Part shown: piece by piece, positions 1 to 9,636 of the stretch | How the letters are laid out: each line of letters opens with the position of its first letter | Position numbering within the stretch: position 1 is the first letter of the stretch | DNA from: Opitutales bacterium | GTDB taxonomy: Bacteria > Verrucomicrobiota > Verrucomicrobiia > Opitutales > UBA953 | Direction of reading: 5' to 3' | Length of the DNA stretch: 64,000 bases | NCBI GenBank assembly: GCA_040398005.1 | Contig: JBBAUX010000007.1 | Span: 1-64,000, forward strand | Notes under the pieces: model-generated | Database searches by the model: none | Seen by the model: only the letters and a program-made list of their open reading frames with translations | Told to the model about the DNA's origin: nothing | Position numbers and translations under genes: made by a program

Positions 1-177
1 ATAACTAGAACCCACTATGACGGTACCATCTGAAGAAACAGCATTAGCATACGAGGAATTGTTTGGGTTGGTTCCTAAGGCACCAAGATCAGTAATCGTC
101 ACCGCATGCGCTGCGTGTGATAAAAATACCGTGCTGAGTAAGAGGGGAAGGATGAAACGTGAGTGTGATTTTTTCAT
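1..177 (-). CDS. Secreted HAF-repeat (extracellular repeat) protein, N-terminal part; runs off the window edge
   Basis: Manual translation from ATG at 177: MKKSHSRFILPLLLSTVFLSHAAHA|VTITDLGALGTNPNNSSYANAVSSDGTVIVGSSY. Sec signal peptide (AHA cleavage) followed by an ITDLG..A.AVS.DG.VIVGSS repeat unit. Confidence 0.75.
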   Translation of the reverse strand, partial: MKKSHSRFILPLLLSTVFLSHAAHAVTITDLGALGTNPNNSSYANAVSSDGTVIVGSSY

Positions 178-262
178 AGAGTATTACTTCTAAATTATCC
201 TTTCGGATCTCTCCTCATTAACAAGGTTATTCAGAGGAATAATCTGATTATCAAAAATCCGC

Positions 263-337
<75 letters not shown>

Positions 338-420
338 AATCAGCGGAAAATTAAGAGAGTGTTGTGGGAGGTTTTTTTCAAGCGAATAAAACCCGCGATA
401 AATCTTAGTTTTGTTCGAAG

Positions 421-492
<72 letters not shown>

Positions 493-548
493 TAACGAAC
501 CCCTTCAACAAAGAGGTTTAATCGTGATTGGTAAAGAAATAAATCGCC

Positions 549-1112
549 TTAGCGGTGTCCACGCTGCCTGACGGCCTCAAAGAGACAAACCCCTGTAGAC
601 ACGGATACATTGAGGCAGGGAACCTCACCGAGCATCGGAATCCGTATCAGGAAATCGCAGGTCACGGCGGTTAGATGCCTAATCCCGTCGCCTTCTGCAC
701 CCATGACGATGGCCAGTGGCCCCGTGAGTTTGGCGGCATAAAGCGACTGGCTGGTTTTGTGGTCGCTGGTGCCAGCGATCCAGACTCCGGCAGTTTTTAA
801 TTTTACCAAAGCATTTCGTAAGTTACCCGCCTGAACAATCGGTAAACTTTCGGCGGCACCGACCGCTACTGTGCGTACGGTCTCATTGACGGGTGCCGAA
901 TTCTTTTTGGTGATAATGACAAATGCACACCCAGCGCATTCAGCTGAACGAATACAAGCGCCAAGATTGTGAGGATCCTGAACACCATCTAAAATTAAAA
1001 TCAGTGGGTTGGGATTATCTTTGAGCAGGTCGGGGATATCGTTCTCGTTATACAGTTTGAGCGGACGTTTTAAATCAGCATGTCGAGGCGGGCGATCGTC
1101 GGACCGAGGCAT
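549..1112 (-). CDS. SpoU/TrmH-family 2'-O-ribose RNA methyltransferase (RlmB-like catalytic domain only)
   Basis: LDGVQDPHNLGACIRSA, MGAEGDG and IPMLG..CLNVS SPOUT motifs; 187 aa. Confidence 0.88.
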   Translation of the reverse strand: MPRSDDRPPRHADLKRPLKLYNENDIPDLLKDNPNPLILILDGVQDPHNLGACIRSAECAGCAFVIITKKNSAPVNETVRTVAVGAAESLPIVQAGNLRNALVKLKTAGVWIAGTSDHKTSQSLYAAKLTGPLAIVMGAEGDGIRHLTAVTCDFLIRIPMLGEVPCLNVSVSTGVCLFEAVRQRGHR

Positions 1113-1113
1113 A

Positions 1114-2133
1114 TTACTTACGGGCGAGTTTGTTGCGTTGGTGCAGGGCTTCCGCGATTTGGATCGCGTTTAAAGCGGCACCTTTCCAGAGCTGATCACC
1201 ACAGACCCAAAGGGAAAGTCCATTATCAAAAAGGGAGTCCTTACGGATACGTCCGACCCCACACTTTTCTTTACCAGCATAATCTAAAGGCATGGGGTAA
1301 ATCTTTTTAGCAGGCTCGTCACAGATTTCAGAACCAGGGAATTCAGAAATCACTTGGCGAGCGATGGCCACATCAACCGGCTTCTCAAATTCAGCACTGA
1401 TGGCGATGGAGTGTGCGCGGAATACGGGAACGCGAACGCAAGTGGTTGAAACCTTGAGATTAGGAAGGTTCATAATCTTGCGACCTTCGTGTAGCATTTT
1501 CATTTCTTCTTTGGTGTACCCGTCTTCTTGGAAGGAATCGACCTGAGGAATTAAATTAAAGGCGATGGTGTGAGGATAAACTTTAGGGGGTGATGCTTCA
1601 CCCTTAACCGAGGCACGGACTTGAGTATCGAGTTCGCGCATGGCTTCGGCTCCTGTGCCGGAAACGGCTTGATAGGTTGAAGCGAAGAATCGTTTTAAAC
1701 CGAAAGCTTTGTGGAGTGGGTAGAGTCCCATCAATGCGATGGCGGTGGAGCAATTGGGATTTGCGATAATACCTTTATGGTTATCGAGGGCGTCGGCATT
1801 GATCTCGGGGATGACCAGGGGGACGTTGGGATCCATCCGGAAGGCAGAACTATTATCGATGACGATGACGCCACGCTTAACCGCCTCGGGAGCGAGGGCT
1901 AATGACACAGATCCACCGGCACTAAAAATGGCAAAATCTAAGCCCTCAAAGGCCTCAGGTTTGGCTTCCTGGACGGTCCAATCCTTGCCGCCGTAGCTGA
2001 TCTTGGAACCAGCTGAGCGGGCCGATGCGAGGGGTCGAAGTTCCTTTACGGGAAAATTTCTTTTCGCCATAAGTGAGAGCAATTCTTGACCGACTGCGCC
2101 AGTCACGCCCACGATGCCTATACGATATGACAT
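1114..2133 (-). CDS. asd: Aspartate-semialdehyde dehydrogenase
   Basis: GVTGAVG, DNSSAFRM, IIANPNCST (catalytic Cys), STYQAVSG, CVRVPV. Confidence 0.97.
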   Translation of the reverse strand: MSYRIGIVGVTGAVGQELLSLMAKRNFPVKELRPLASARSAGSKISYGGKDWTVQEAKPEAFEGLDFAIFSAGGSVSLALAPEAVKRGVIVIDNSSAFRMDPNVPLVIPEINADALDNHKGIIANPNCSTAIALMGLYPLHKAFGLKRFFASTYQAVSGTGAEAMRELDTQVRASVKGEASPPKVYPHTIAFNLIPQVDSFQEDGYTKEEMKMLHEGRKIMNLPNLKVSTTCVRVPVFRAHSIAISAEFEKPVDVAIARQVISEFPGSEICDEPAKKIYPMPLDYAGKEKCGVGRIRKDSLFDNGLSLWVCGDQLWKGAALNAIQIAEALHQRNKLARK

Positions 2134-2147
2134 GTTTAGATAAATCT

Positions 2148-2684
2148 TTGGTTTTAAAAGAGGAGTTGGCCGAGCGCCTAAAGGTACTGGGACTTCCTAA
2201 GGGAAAAGATTGCTTGGTTGTGTCGATTGACCAGCAAAAACTTTGGCATTTTAACCAAAATAACTGTGTAGCCTACGTGGTGAGTACGGCTAGGGCAGGT
2301 AAGGGCTGTGTGAAGGACTCTTTGCAGACACCCACGGGTCTCCATCGCGTTGCCGAAAAAATTGGCACCGAAGCGCCCCCAGGGATGATCTTCAAAGCTC
2401 GAAAACCCACGGGACAAACTTGGAATACCATTCCAACAACGGAAGATAACTTAATCACGAGCCGGATTCTGTGGCTCGAGGGCTGTGAGCATGGATTGAA
2501 TCAGGGCGTCGATTCCGTGGGCAAGGTAGTGGATACGAAAGAGCGTTACATTTATATCCACGGAACTAACCAGCACGAAAAATTAGGGACTCCGAATAGT
2601 CACGGGTGTGTTTTATTATCTGATAAAGATATTATAAAACTTTTTGAAACCGTCGCGGTGGGTACTTACGTCTATCTCAGCTAA
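2148..2684 (+). CDS. L,D-transpeptidase (YkuD domain); start uncertain
   Basis: VVSIDQQKL, YVVST, TPTG, IYIHGT...SHGCV catalytic His/Cys. TTG at 2148 is the first start that does not overlap asd; the listed ORF start is 2073. Confidence 0.85.
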   Translation: MVLKEELAERLKVLGLPKGKDCLVVSIDQQKLWHFNQNNCVAYVVSTARAGKGCVKDSLQTPTGLHRVAEKIGTEAPPGMIFKARKPTGQTWNTIPTTEDNLITSRILWLEGCEHGLNQGVDSVGKVVDTKERYIYIHGTNQHEKLGTPNSHGCVLLSDKDIIKLFETVAVGTYVYLS

Positions 2685-2685
2685 A

Positions 2686-4779
2686 TTATTCTTCAGGCTG
2701 ACTATTCTTAGAATTAAGCCATTCTTTAATCATGGCTTGTCCTACGGGACCGGCAGTTAATCCACCCCAAGTGTTCGTATCGTTTTGGCCTTCTACTAAA
2801 ACAGCAAAAGCGACTTGTGGGTTCTTGGCGGGCGCATAGCCGATAATCCAAGCAAGGTGTGCTTTCTGTCCCGACTTGAAATATTCAGAGGTTCCCGTTT
2901 TGGCGGCGAATTGGAATCCAGGAATTTGTATGGAACGTGCGGTGCCCTCAGTCACACAGCGAATCATTCCTTCGCGAATAGCATTCAACTGATTTCGATT
3001 GAGTCCAATCGGTCTAGAATCTTGGTGATAAGGGATTCGAGTCGGATCATGAAAAATAGTTGGGGTCGTTCGTGTTTCACCTCGAGCAATGGAGGCGGCA
3101 AAGCATGCCATGTGCAGGGGAGTGGTTAGGATAAAGCCCTGTCCAATTGCGGAATTTGCGGTATCACCGCTCGTCCAGTTGCCTTGCCCGATTTTTTCTT
3201 TAAAGTTCGAATCTGGAATAATCATTTTACGAGCCGGCGATGGAAGTTCGTACTGGCTGGGGGTTTCACTACCCATAACGTTAGGGTTAGCTTTGAGTAA
3301 TATTTTATCTAAACCAAACCGTCGGGATTCCTGCGCAAGTAAATCTGGCCCGACCATTAAACCCACTCGGTAGTTCCAAACGTTACAGGAGATGGCCAGC
3401 ATTTTTTCTATATCCACTTGCCCAAATCCGTAGGGTTCGTGTTCAAGGTAGTCGCGATTTCCGATGCGTAAACTACGTCCGCAGTCTAAAATATCATCGT
3501 AATCAATTTTTCCACTACGCATTCCAGCGATAGCGGTAATAATTTTATAAGTAGAGCCAGGAGGATACAGTCCTTGGATCGCCCGATTCATCCAACCGCC
3601 TTGCTCTTGAATTTCGTCGAAGTACTTGCTAGTTACCTTGCTCGCAAGACGGTTGGGATCATAGTTGGGTAGGCTCGCAATCGCTAAAATCTCTCCCGTA
3701 TTTACATCCAACATCACGGCTGCACTAGGTAATGGATTACCCTCGGTATCTTTGATGGCACTTAATGCTTTTTCTGCCGCGACTTGAATATTCACGTCCA
3801 GCGATAGACTAATGATGCTTCCTTCGCGTGAAGGGTAGCTTTCTAAAAGTTCCCGTTTGTAACCCGCGGAGGTTTTCGTCCAGCGCTCCCAGCCACTAGC
3901 GCCTCTGAGCGTATAATCGTGGGTTTGCTCGACCCCTTCGGCGCCGACTTTTCCGGTATATTTAGATTTGCTCAGTTTCTTGAATGAAATTTCGAAATTA
4001 GGGTCGAAATCATCAGGCAACTGATTAGTGTCCTTAACATAGCCGAGAGTGTGACACGCCAAAGAGCCAAAGGGGTAGGACCGAATCATGTCCGACTCGA
4101 TGGTGATGGGGCCGTCGACCGGGAATTGCTCAATGAATCGCGCAATCGAGCGATCCGCTTCATCGTCGGAAATTTGATTTCTTAGCTCGGGAAAAGTTAA
4201 ATCAGTGATGAGCGTGAATTTTAAAATTCTCGAATCACGCATGTGTCGCGCCAGCGCGGTGACATTGACCTGACGTTCGGGGCTATTGGTTAAAAACTTT
4301 ACCCGCTTTTTTTCGGACGGAGATTTTTTTTGATTACTTGCATCAATCACAAACCAGATTTTTTTAAGCCATCGATTGAGCACATTGACCCGAGCCTCTT
4401 GGTGCAAAATCTCATAGTTTATCTTCGTGCTACTTTCTTTGGCTTTTTCGGCTCTTACTAAGGCCCGGTATTCCTTGTCGATTTCGCTTTCTAAACCTAA
4501 TAAATTAGCTTTGACGCTCCAACGCACACGATTTTCGACTAGATGAACGTCATTCCTATCCCGTATTTGACCGCGTGCTGGTGGCCGCCAGACAATGGTT
4601 TCACTTTGCGAGTTAGCCTGGTCGATTAAGTCTTTGGACTGAATGAGCTGACGATAAAACAGACCGCAAAATATATAGATAAATCCTACGGCGAAGAGGG
4701 TGAAGATTAAGTACATCCGCCATGGCGTAATGGGAGCAGACGGTACGGATATTTTATTAAGAGTATCGTCCGCACTCAT
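2686..4779 (-). CDS. mrdA: Penicillin-binding protein 2 (class B, elongasome)
   Basis: N-terminal TM helix, RGQIRDRN, STYK, SCN and KTG motifs; last gene of mreBCD; ATGA overlap with the mreD stop at 4776-4779. Confidence 0.93.
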   Translation of the reverse strand: MSADDTLNKISVPSAPITPWRMYLIFTLFAVGFIYIFCGLFYRQLIQSKDLIDQANSQSETIVWRPPARGQIRDRNDVHLVENRVRWSVKANLLGLESEIDKEYRALVRAEKAKESSTKINYEILHQEARVNVLNRWLKKIWFVIDASNQKKSPSEKKRVKFLTNSPERQVNVTALARHMRDSRILKFTLITDLTFPELRNQISDDEADRSIARFIEQFPVDGPITIESDMIRSYPFGSLACHTLGYVKDTNQLPDDFDPNFEISFKKLSKSKYTGKVGAEGVEQTHDYTLRGASGWERWTKTSAGYKRELLESYPSREGSIISLSLDVNIQVAAEKALSAIKDTEGNPLPSAAVMLDVNTGEILAIASLPNYDPNRLASKVTSKYFDEIQEQGGWMNRAIQGLYPPGSTYKIITAIAGMRSGKIDYDDILDCGRSLRIGNRDYLEHEPYGFGQVDIEKMLAISCNVWNYRVGLMVGPDLLAQESRRFGLDKILLKANPNVMGSETPSQYELPSPARKMIIPDSNFKEKIGQGNWTSGDTANSAIGQGFILTTPLHMACFAASIARGETRTTPTIFHDPTRIPYHQDSRPIGLNRNQLNAIREGMIRCVTEGTARSIQIPGFQFAAKTGTSEYFKSGQKAHLAWIIGYAPAKNPQVAFAVLVEGQNDTNTWGGLTAGPVGQAMIKEWLNSKNSQPEE

Positions 4780-5300
4780 AATAAATCCTGTGCACTCGGC
4801 ACCCCGATTAAATCCATAATCCAATTCTGGGTGGTCGCAAGGGGGATGATAATGACTAAGCCCATGAGGCCGGAGAGGGTCCCTTGAATCGAAGCCTGAT
4901 AAATAGTGTTATAGATATCAGAGGGTGCTTGAGACTGATAGGCTGAGGCCGCAAACCAGATAATCGCTGCAACTGCGTTAACCACCACAGCAGCTTGGAT
5001 TGTCCCTAAGGCGGTGCGTAAATAGGAGCGATAGTTTCCGAGTAGTATCGCGAGAGTCACGAGCGAGATTGCTACCGTCCCGTCGGGTATCGGACGATAG
5101 GCTTCAAACATGAAGCCAACGCAGCCCGCGAATAAAACCGCCTGCCAGCGCTTCAACCGGCGACAGGGCGCAATCAGGGCGGCTCCGGTAATAAAATAAC
5201 TAAGACCGGAACTCGCTAAGGTGCTGGAGACTAAGTCAGCGACAAACAGCCAAGGGTAGGTCGCAAGAATCAGAAAGAACCAAGCCCATGGTATGCTCAT
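4776..5300 (-). CDS. mreD: Probable rod shape-determining protein MreD
   Basis: 174-aa multi-TM protein between mreC and mrdA with overlapping stop/start codons; assigned mainly by position. Confidence 0.7.
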   Translation of the reverse strand: MSIPWAWFFLILATYPWLFVADLVSSTLASSGLSYFITGAALIAPCRRLKRWQAVLFAGCVGFMFEAYRPIPDGTVAISLVTLAILLGNYRSYLRTALGTIQAAVVVNAVAAIIWFAASAYQSQAPSDIYNTIYQASIQGTLSGLMGLVIIIPLATTQNWIMDLIGVPSAQDLL

Positions 5301-6190
5301 TTAAATTCCTCCAACTTAATTTTCTCGGAAGGTGCTAAAAGTATTTCGTTCGCCGTGGGGTACTGCGGGACGAGTACCGAAACTTCTTCGATCATATTTA
5401 AATCTTTAGCGGGATTTAAATCGGCGACCTTATAATTATCATCAGTGCTCATGCGGATGCTGCCATCGACTTCACCTAAAATTAAACCCGAGGGAAAGAC
5501 GCCGCCTAATCCCGTGGTTAAAACTTTGATGGGTTGGCCGGTGGGCGGATTATAATCGATCGGAATCGCGGTGACTTTCGCCTTGTTCGGAGAGAGTGAG
5601 TTCGCGGCATCACCACGGACATATACAATCCGACGCTTTTCATCGCCGATTAAAAATGCCGTACAACGAAAGGTTGGGCTCGTTACTAAATCAACCTCAC
5701 TGATATTTAAATGAACGGCAGAAACTCGCCCAATGACTCGATCGCTGAATACCACAGGACTGCCTGGGCGGATACCATCGTTACGGCCTTTACGAATAAT
5801 AATTTTTTGCCACCACGAGGAGCTGTCGCGGGAAATGACTCGTGCCACCACCGTAAGAAATTCTGAATTACTTGAATAACGTGCGTTCTCGCGGAGGCGG
5901 GTATTTTCGCGACGGATGTCATCCATCGAATGAATACGCAATTCTAAGGCAGCATTAATGCGCGCAAGATCTCTCGAGGCGGAAATGAGTTCTTCGTTGC
6001 TCCGACTTTTTAATTCCCAGTAACGAGCAAGGTCACTTCCTTTACTGACAATCTGTAAGGCCGGCGCTTGGAATTCAGCGAATGTTTCTTTGGTGAAGCG
6101 ATGCAGGGCACTGGTGCCCGATATCCAAATCAAAATAAAAACAATTAAAGCAATGTAAGATGCCTTGGCGCCTTTTTGGTGGTTATTCAT
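5297..6190 (-). CDS. mreC: Rod shape-determining protein MreC
   Basis: TM helix, coiled coil (ENTRLRE), ARVISRD, KGRNDGI, TTGLGGVFPSG. Confidence 0.93.
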   Translation of the reverse strand: MNNHQKGAKASYIALIVFILIWISGTSALHRFTKETFAEFQAPALQIVSKGSDLARYWELKSRSNEELISASRDLARINAALELRIHSMDDIRRENTRLRENARYSSNSEFLTVVARVISRDSSSWWQKIIIRKGRNDGIRPGSPVVFSDRVIGRVSAVHLNISEVDLVTSPTFRCTAFLIGDEKRRIVYVRGDAANSLSPNKAKVTAIPIDYNPPTGQPIKVLTTGLGGVFPSGLILGEVDGSIRMSTDDNYKVADLNPAKDLNMIEEVSVLVPQYPTANEILLAPSEKIKLEEFK

Positions 6191-6210
6191 GGCGGGTTAG
6201 CCCGCTTAGA

Positions 6211-7227
6211 TTAGTCGCGTCCGCTCCAGCGGGAGGCATTGCCTAAGATTTTACCTGTACCATTAACGACGGCACAAAGAGGATCTTCAGCGACAATGAC
6301 GGGGAGCCCGGTGGCTTCGGAGATGGCACGGTCGATGCGACGGATCAGAGCTCCGCCACCAGCAATCACAATACCACGGTCGACTAAGTCAGCAGAAAGT
6401 TCAGGAGGAATACGTTCCAGGGAGCCTTTAATGGCTTCGATGATTTGATTAATGTTATCAGCCATGGCCTCACGGACTTCTTGAGAAGTGAGGTGAAGAG
6501 AGCGCGGGAGACCAGTGACCGAGTCGCGACCACGTACTTCGTAGGTCATCTCTTGTTCTAAAGCATAAGCAGAACCGATTTTAATCTTAATTTCTTCAGC
6601 GGTACGCTCACCGATAATGAGATTATATGAATTCTTAATATACTTGATAATCGCTGAATCAAATTCATCACCACCGACGCGAATGGAGCGTGCATGCACG
6701 ATACCACCGAGTGAAATCACGGCGACTTCAGTTGTACCGCCACCGATATCTACAATCATCGAGGCCATCGGCTCTTCAACGGGTAAGCCTACACCGATTG
6801 CGGAGGCAACGGGTTCAGGAATAGTAATCACATCGTCAGCACCTGCGCGATAAGCGGAATCCATCACGGCACGACGTTCAACCGCGGTGATACCGTAAGG
6901 AACGGCAACGACGACGGTGAGATTTGAGAAAATAGATTTACGAGCTACTTTACCGATGAAGTAGCGAAGCATGTGTTCGCTGATTTCGAAGTCGGCGATC
7001 ACACCATCTTTCATCGGACGCAGCGCTTGGATGTCACCAGGGGTACGACCAAGCATCATCTTCGCTTCATTACCTACCGCGATCGGCTTGCGTGTGCTGG
7101 TACGAATCGCGACCACGGAAGGTTCTCTAAGGACGACGCCTCGGTCTTTGAGAAAGACCAAAGTATTGGCGGTACCTAGGTCGATACCAATGGCTTGGGT
7201 AAATAGCCCTGGGAAACGCTTAAACAT
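6211..7227 (-). CDS. mreB: Rod shape-determining protein MreB
   Basis: GIDLGTANT, EPSVVA, RPMKDGVIADF, DIGGGTTEVA, GGGAL. Confidence 0.98.
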   Translation of the reverse strand: MFKRFPGLFTQAIGIDLGTANTLVFLKDRGVVLREPSVVAIRTSTRKPIAVGNEAKMMLGRTPGDIQALRPMKDGVIADFEISEHMLRYFIGKVARKSIFSNLTVVVAVPYGITAVERRAVMDSAYRAGADDVITIPEPVASAIGVGLPVEEPMASMIVDIGGGTTEVAVISLGGIVHARSIRVGGDEFDSAIIKYIKNSYNLIIGERTAEEIKIKIGSAYALEQEMTYEVRGRDSVTGLPRSLHLTSQEVREAMADNINQIIEAIKGSLERIPPELSADLVDRGIVIAGGGALIRRIDRAISEATGLPVIVAEDPLCAVVNGTGKILGNASRWSGRD

Positions 7228-7335
7228 CAGTCGTAGTGGTTGAAGTGGTTAAATAACTTATCATTTCAGTAGTCAAACCCCTTTTGGCCATTAAGCGGTC
7301 GAACTTAAATCATAAAAATGATAATAAAATAGGGC

Positions 7336-8301
7336 TTAGAGGTAACCTAAGCTCTTTGCGCCAAGCAATACAAGGCCCGCTATGATTCGGTACCAGGCAA
7401 AGGGTTTAAGTCCGCGGCGCATAATAAATCCGATCATCCATTTTACGGAAATGAATGCGGACACGGCCGCGACGAAAAGTCCAAGACTCGCATTTCCAAT
7501 GGGGTACACCTGCAGTAGGGCAGGTCCGAGTGCATACATTTTGTAGACTGAAGCGGCGGACAAAATAACGAAGCCAACGAGAAACGAAAACTCTGTGGCG
7601 ACGGCGGAGGAAAGTCCGGCCCAGCGTCCGCCTAAAATAGTGGCCAGTGAACGACTTGTTCCAGGGATGAGCGCAACACATTGGCAGAGTCCAATCCACA
7701 GTGCCTGCTGGAGTGATACATTTAATTCACCACTATTATCGGAAGGAATTTTAGGTAATTTTTCTTCCGCTAAAAAGATGACAAATCCTCCGATGATTAA
7801 GGCTAGAGCGACGATGGTTACATTGAAGGGTATGTAATCCTTGACGAGTAATCCTACTATAGCTGCGGGTAAAAATGCGATGAGGATGGCCAGCGCTAAG
7901 AAAATAGAACTGCGACTACCTTTAAAAATTCCGACCACGACCGAACTCATTCGTTGATAAAAAATAAAGAGCACGGCGAGAATCGCCCCGAGTTGAATGA
8001 TGACAATGTAGTCATCGGCGATTTTTTCGAGCGAGAGTCTCCGACCTTTTCGATCCACTACGCTGGCTTCTACCTGGGTTGAACTCTTGTCGATACCCAT
8101 GACCGCATCGCTGATAATCATGTGGCCGGTTGAGGATACGGGCAGATATTCGGTTACGCCTTCGACCAGCCCAGTGACTATGGCACGTTGGGTGGTGAAC
8201 TCATTTCGTACTTCTTCCGCCGTTTTATCAGGGCCAGATTGTTCGGCCGCCCATAAGCTAAAAGGACAAATCAGTAATAAGATTAGCAGGGTACGAGGCA
8301 T
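7336..8301 (-). CDS. uppP: Undecaprenyl-diphosphate phosphatase
   Basis: EGVTEYLPVSSTGH, IQLGAILAV, PGTSRS, EFSF, FAWYR. Confidence 0.95.
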   Translation of the reverse strand: MPRTLLILLLICPFSLWAAEQSGPDKTAEEVRNEFTTQRAIVTGLVEGVTEYLPVSSTGHMIISDAVMGIDKSSTQVEASVVDRKGRRLSLEKIADDYIVIIQLGAILAVLFIFYQRMSSVVVGIFKGSRSSIFLALAILIAFLPAAIVGLLVKDYIPFNVTIVALALIIGGFVIFLAEEKLPKIPSDNSGELNVSLQQALWIGLCQCVALIPGTSRSLATILGGRWAGLSSAVATEFSFLVGFVILSAASVYKMYALGPALLQVYPIGNASLGLFVAAVSAFISVKWMIGFIMRRGLKPFAWYRIIAGLVLLGAKSLGYL

Positions 8302-8397
8302 GGATTTATCTGATATAGGTAGAAAGAAAGCGCAAGACTCCGATTTGTCCTTGTCGCTTGCCCTTGGTCTTACTTCGCTCTTTATCTTATTTTAATC

Positions 8398-9633
8398 ATG
8401 TCCGCTTCGAGTCTCATTCCAACCAAAGAACCACGCTTCCAGGTACCTGATGTCCGTGGACGTTTTGGTCAGTTTGGCGGAATGTATGTTCCGGAAACTT
8501 TGATGACTCCACTTTTAGAGTTATCCAAAGCGTACGCCGAAGCTCGTCGTGATCCAGTATTTCAAAATGACTTCACGAATATGTTGCGTGAATTTGCCGG
8601 ACGTCCCACCGGACTGTACTTCGCAGAGTCACTCACTAAACATTTTGGTGGTGCTCGAATTTATTTAAAGCGTGAGGACTTGCTGCACACAGGTGCCCAT
8701 AAAATTAACAATGCCATCGGCCAAGCCTTGCTCGCTATTCGTATGGGTAAGAAGCGCATCATTGCCGAAACGGGCGCTGGACAACACGGAGTAGCCACCG
8801 CTGCTGTCTGTGCTAAATTTGGTCTGAAGTGCGTCATCTACATGGGCGCGGAAGATATGGAACGTCAGGCTCTCAACGTTTATAAGATGCGTCTCATGGG
8901 CGCTGAAGTTCGCGGAGTCGAAGCTGGGCAGAAGACCCTAAAAGAAGCCGTCAATGAGGCGATGCGTGATTGGGTGACCAATGTACGCGATACGCATTAT
9001 ATTTTAGGAACGGCTTATGGCTCACACCCTTATCCCATGATGGTGCGTGATTTTCATCGCATTATCTCGATGGAATCTAAGCAACAGATGCTTCGTGCTG
9101 AAAATAAACTACCCGATCACGTGGTGGCCTGTGTCGGCGGAGGATCCAATGCGATTGGTTCTTTCTTTGAATACTTGGACGAACCTGAAGTTGAACTCAT
9201 TGGCGTCGAAGCCGGTGGACATGGAATTGTGGAAGGTCAACACGCCGCCCGATTTGCGGGTGGTCGTCTCGGTGTACTCCAAGGTTGTCTCACGCACATT
9301 TTACAAAACAGCGAAGGCCAAATCGAAGGCACGCATTCTGTGTCTGCTGGATTAGACTACGCAGCCGTTGGACCTGAGCACGCTTACTATCACGAAAGAG
9401 GAAGAATCAAATTTGCTTACGCGACGGATGAAGAGTGTCTCGATGCCTTTAAATTATTATCGAGCAAAGAGGGGATTATTCCTGCTCTAGAAACGAGTCA
9501 CGCTGTCGCCTATGGCTGTAAGTTAGCTTCCGATAGTCCAAGAACTTCTACCGTTTTAATTAATTTATCGGGACGTGGTGATAAGGACGTTTGGAGTGCA
9601 GCTCGTGCGATGGGCGTTGAAATTAAACTCTAA
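8398..9633 (+). CDS. trpB: Tryptophan synthase beta chain
   Basis: [15 protein letters not shown] (PLP Lys), [26 protein letters not shown]. Confidence 0.98.
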   Translation: MSASSLIPTKEPRFQVPDVRGRFGQFGGMYVPETLMTPLLELSKAYAEARRDPVFQNDFTNMLREFAGRPTGLYFAESLTKHFGGARIYLKREDLLHTGAHKINNAIGQALLAIRMGKKRIIAETGAGQHGVATAAVCAKFGLKCVIYMGAEDMERQALNVYKMRLMGAEVRGVEAGQKTLKEAVNEAMRDWVTNVRDTHYILGTAYGSHPYPMMVRDFHRIISMESKQQMLRAENKLPDHVVACVGGGSNAIGSFFEYLDEPEVELIGVEAGGHGIVEGQHAARFAGGRLGVLQGCLTHILQNSEGQIEGTHSVSAGLDYAAVGPEHAYYHERGRIKFAYATDEECLDAFKLLSSKEGIIPALETSHAVAYGCKLASDSPRTSTVLINLSGRGDKDVWSAARAMGVEIKL

Positions 9634-9636
9634 TTT

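Noticed and set aside
8302..8397. Possible trp attenuator or leader peptide upstream of trpB
   Set aside because: No Trp-rich mini-ORF or terminator/antiterminator pair; it is a short divergent promoter region
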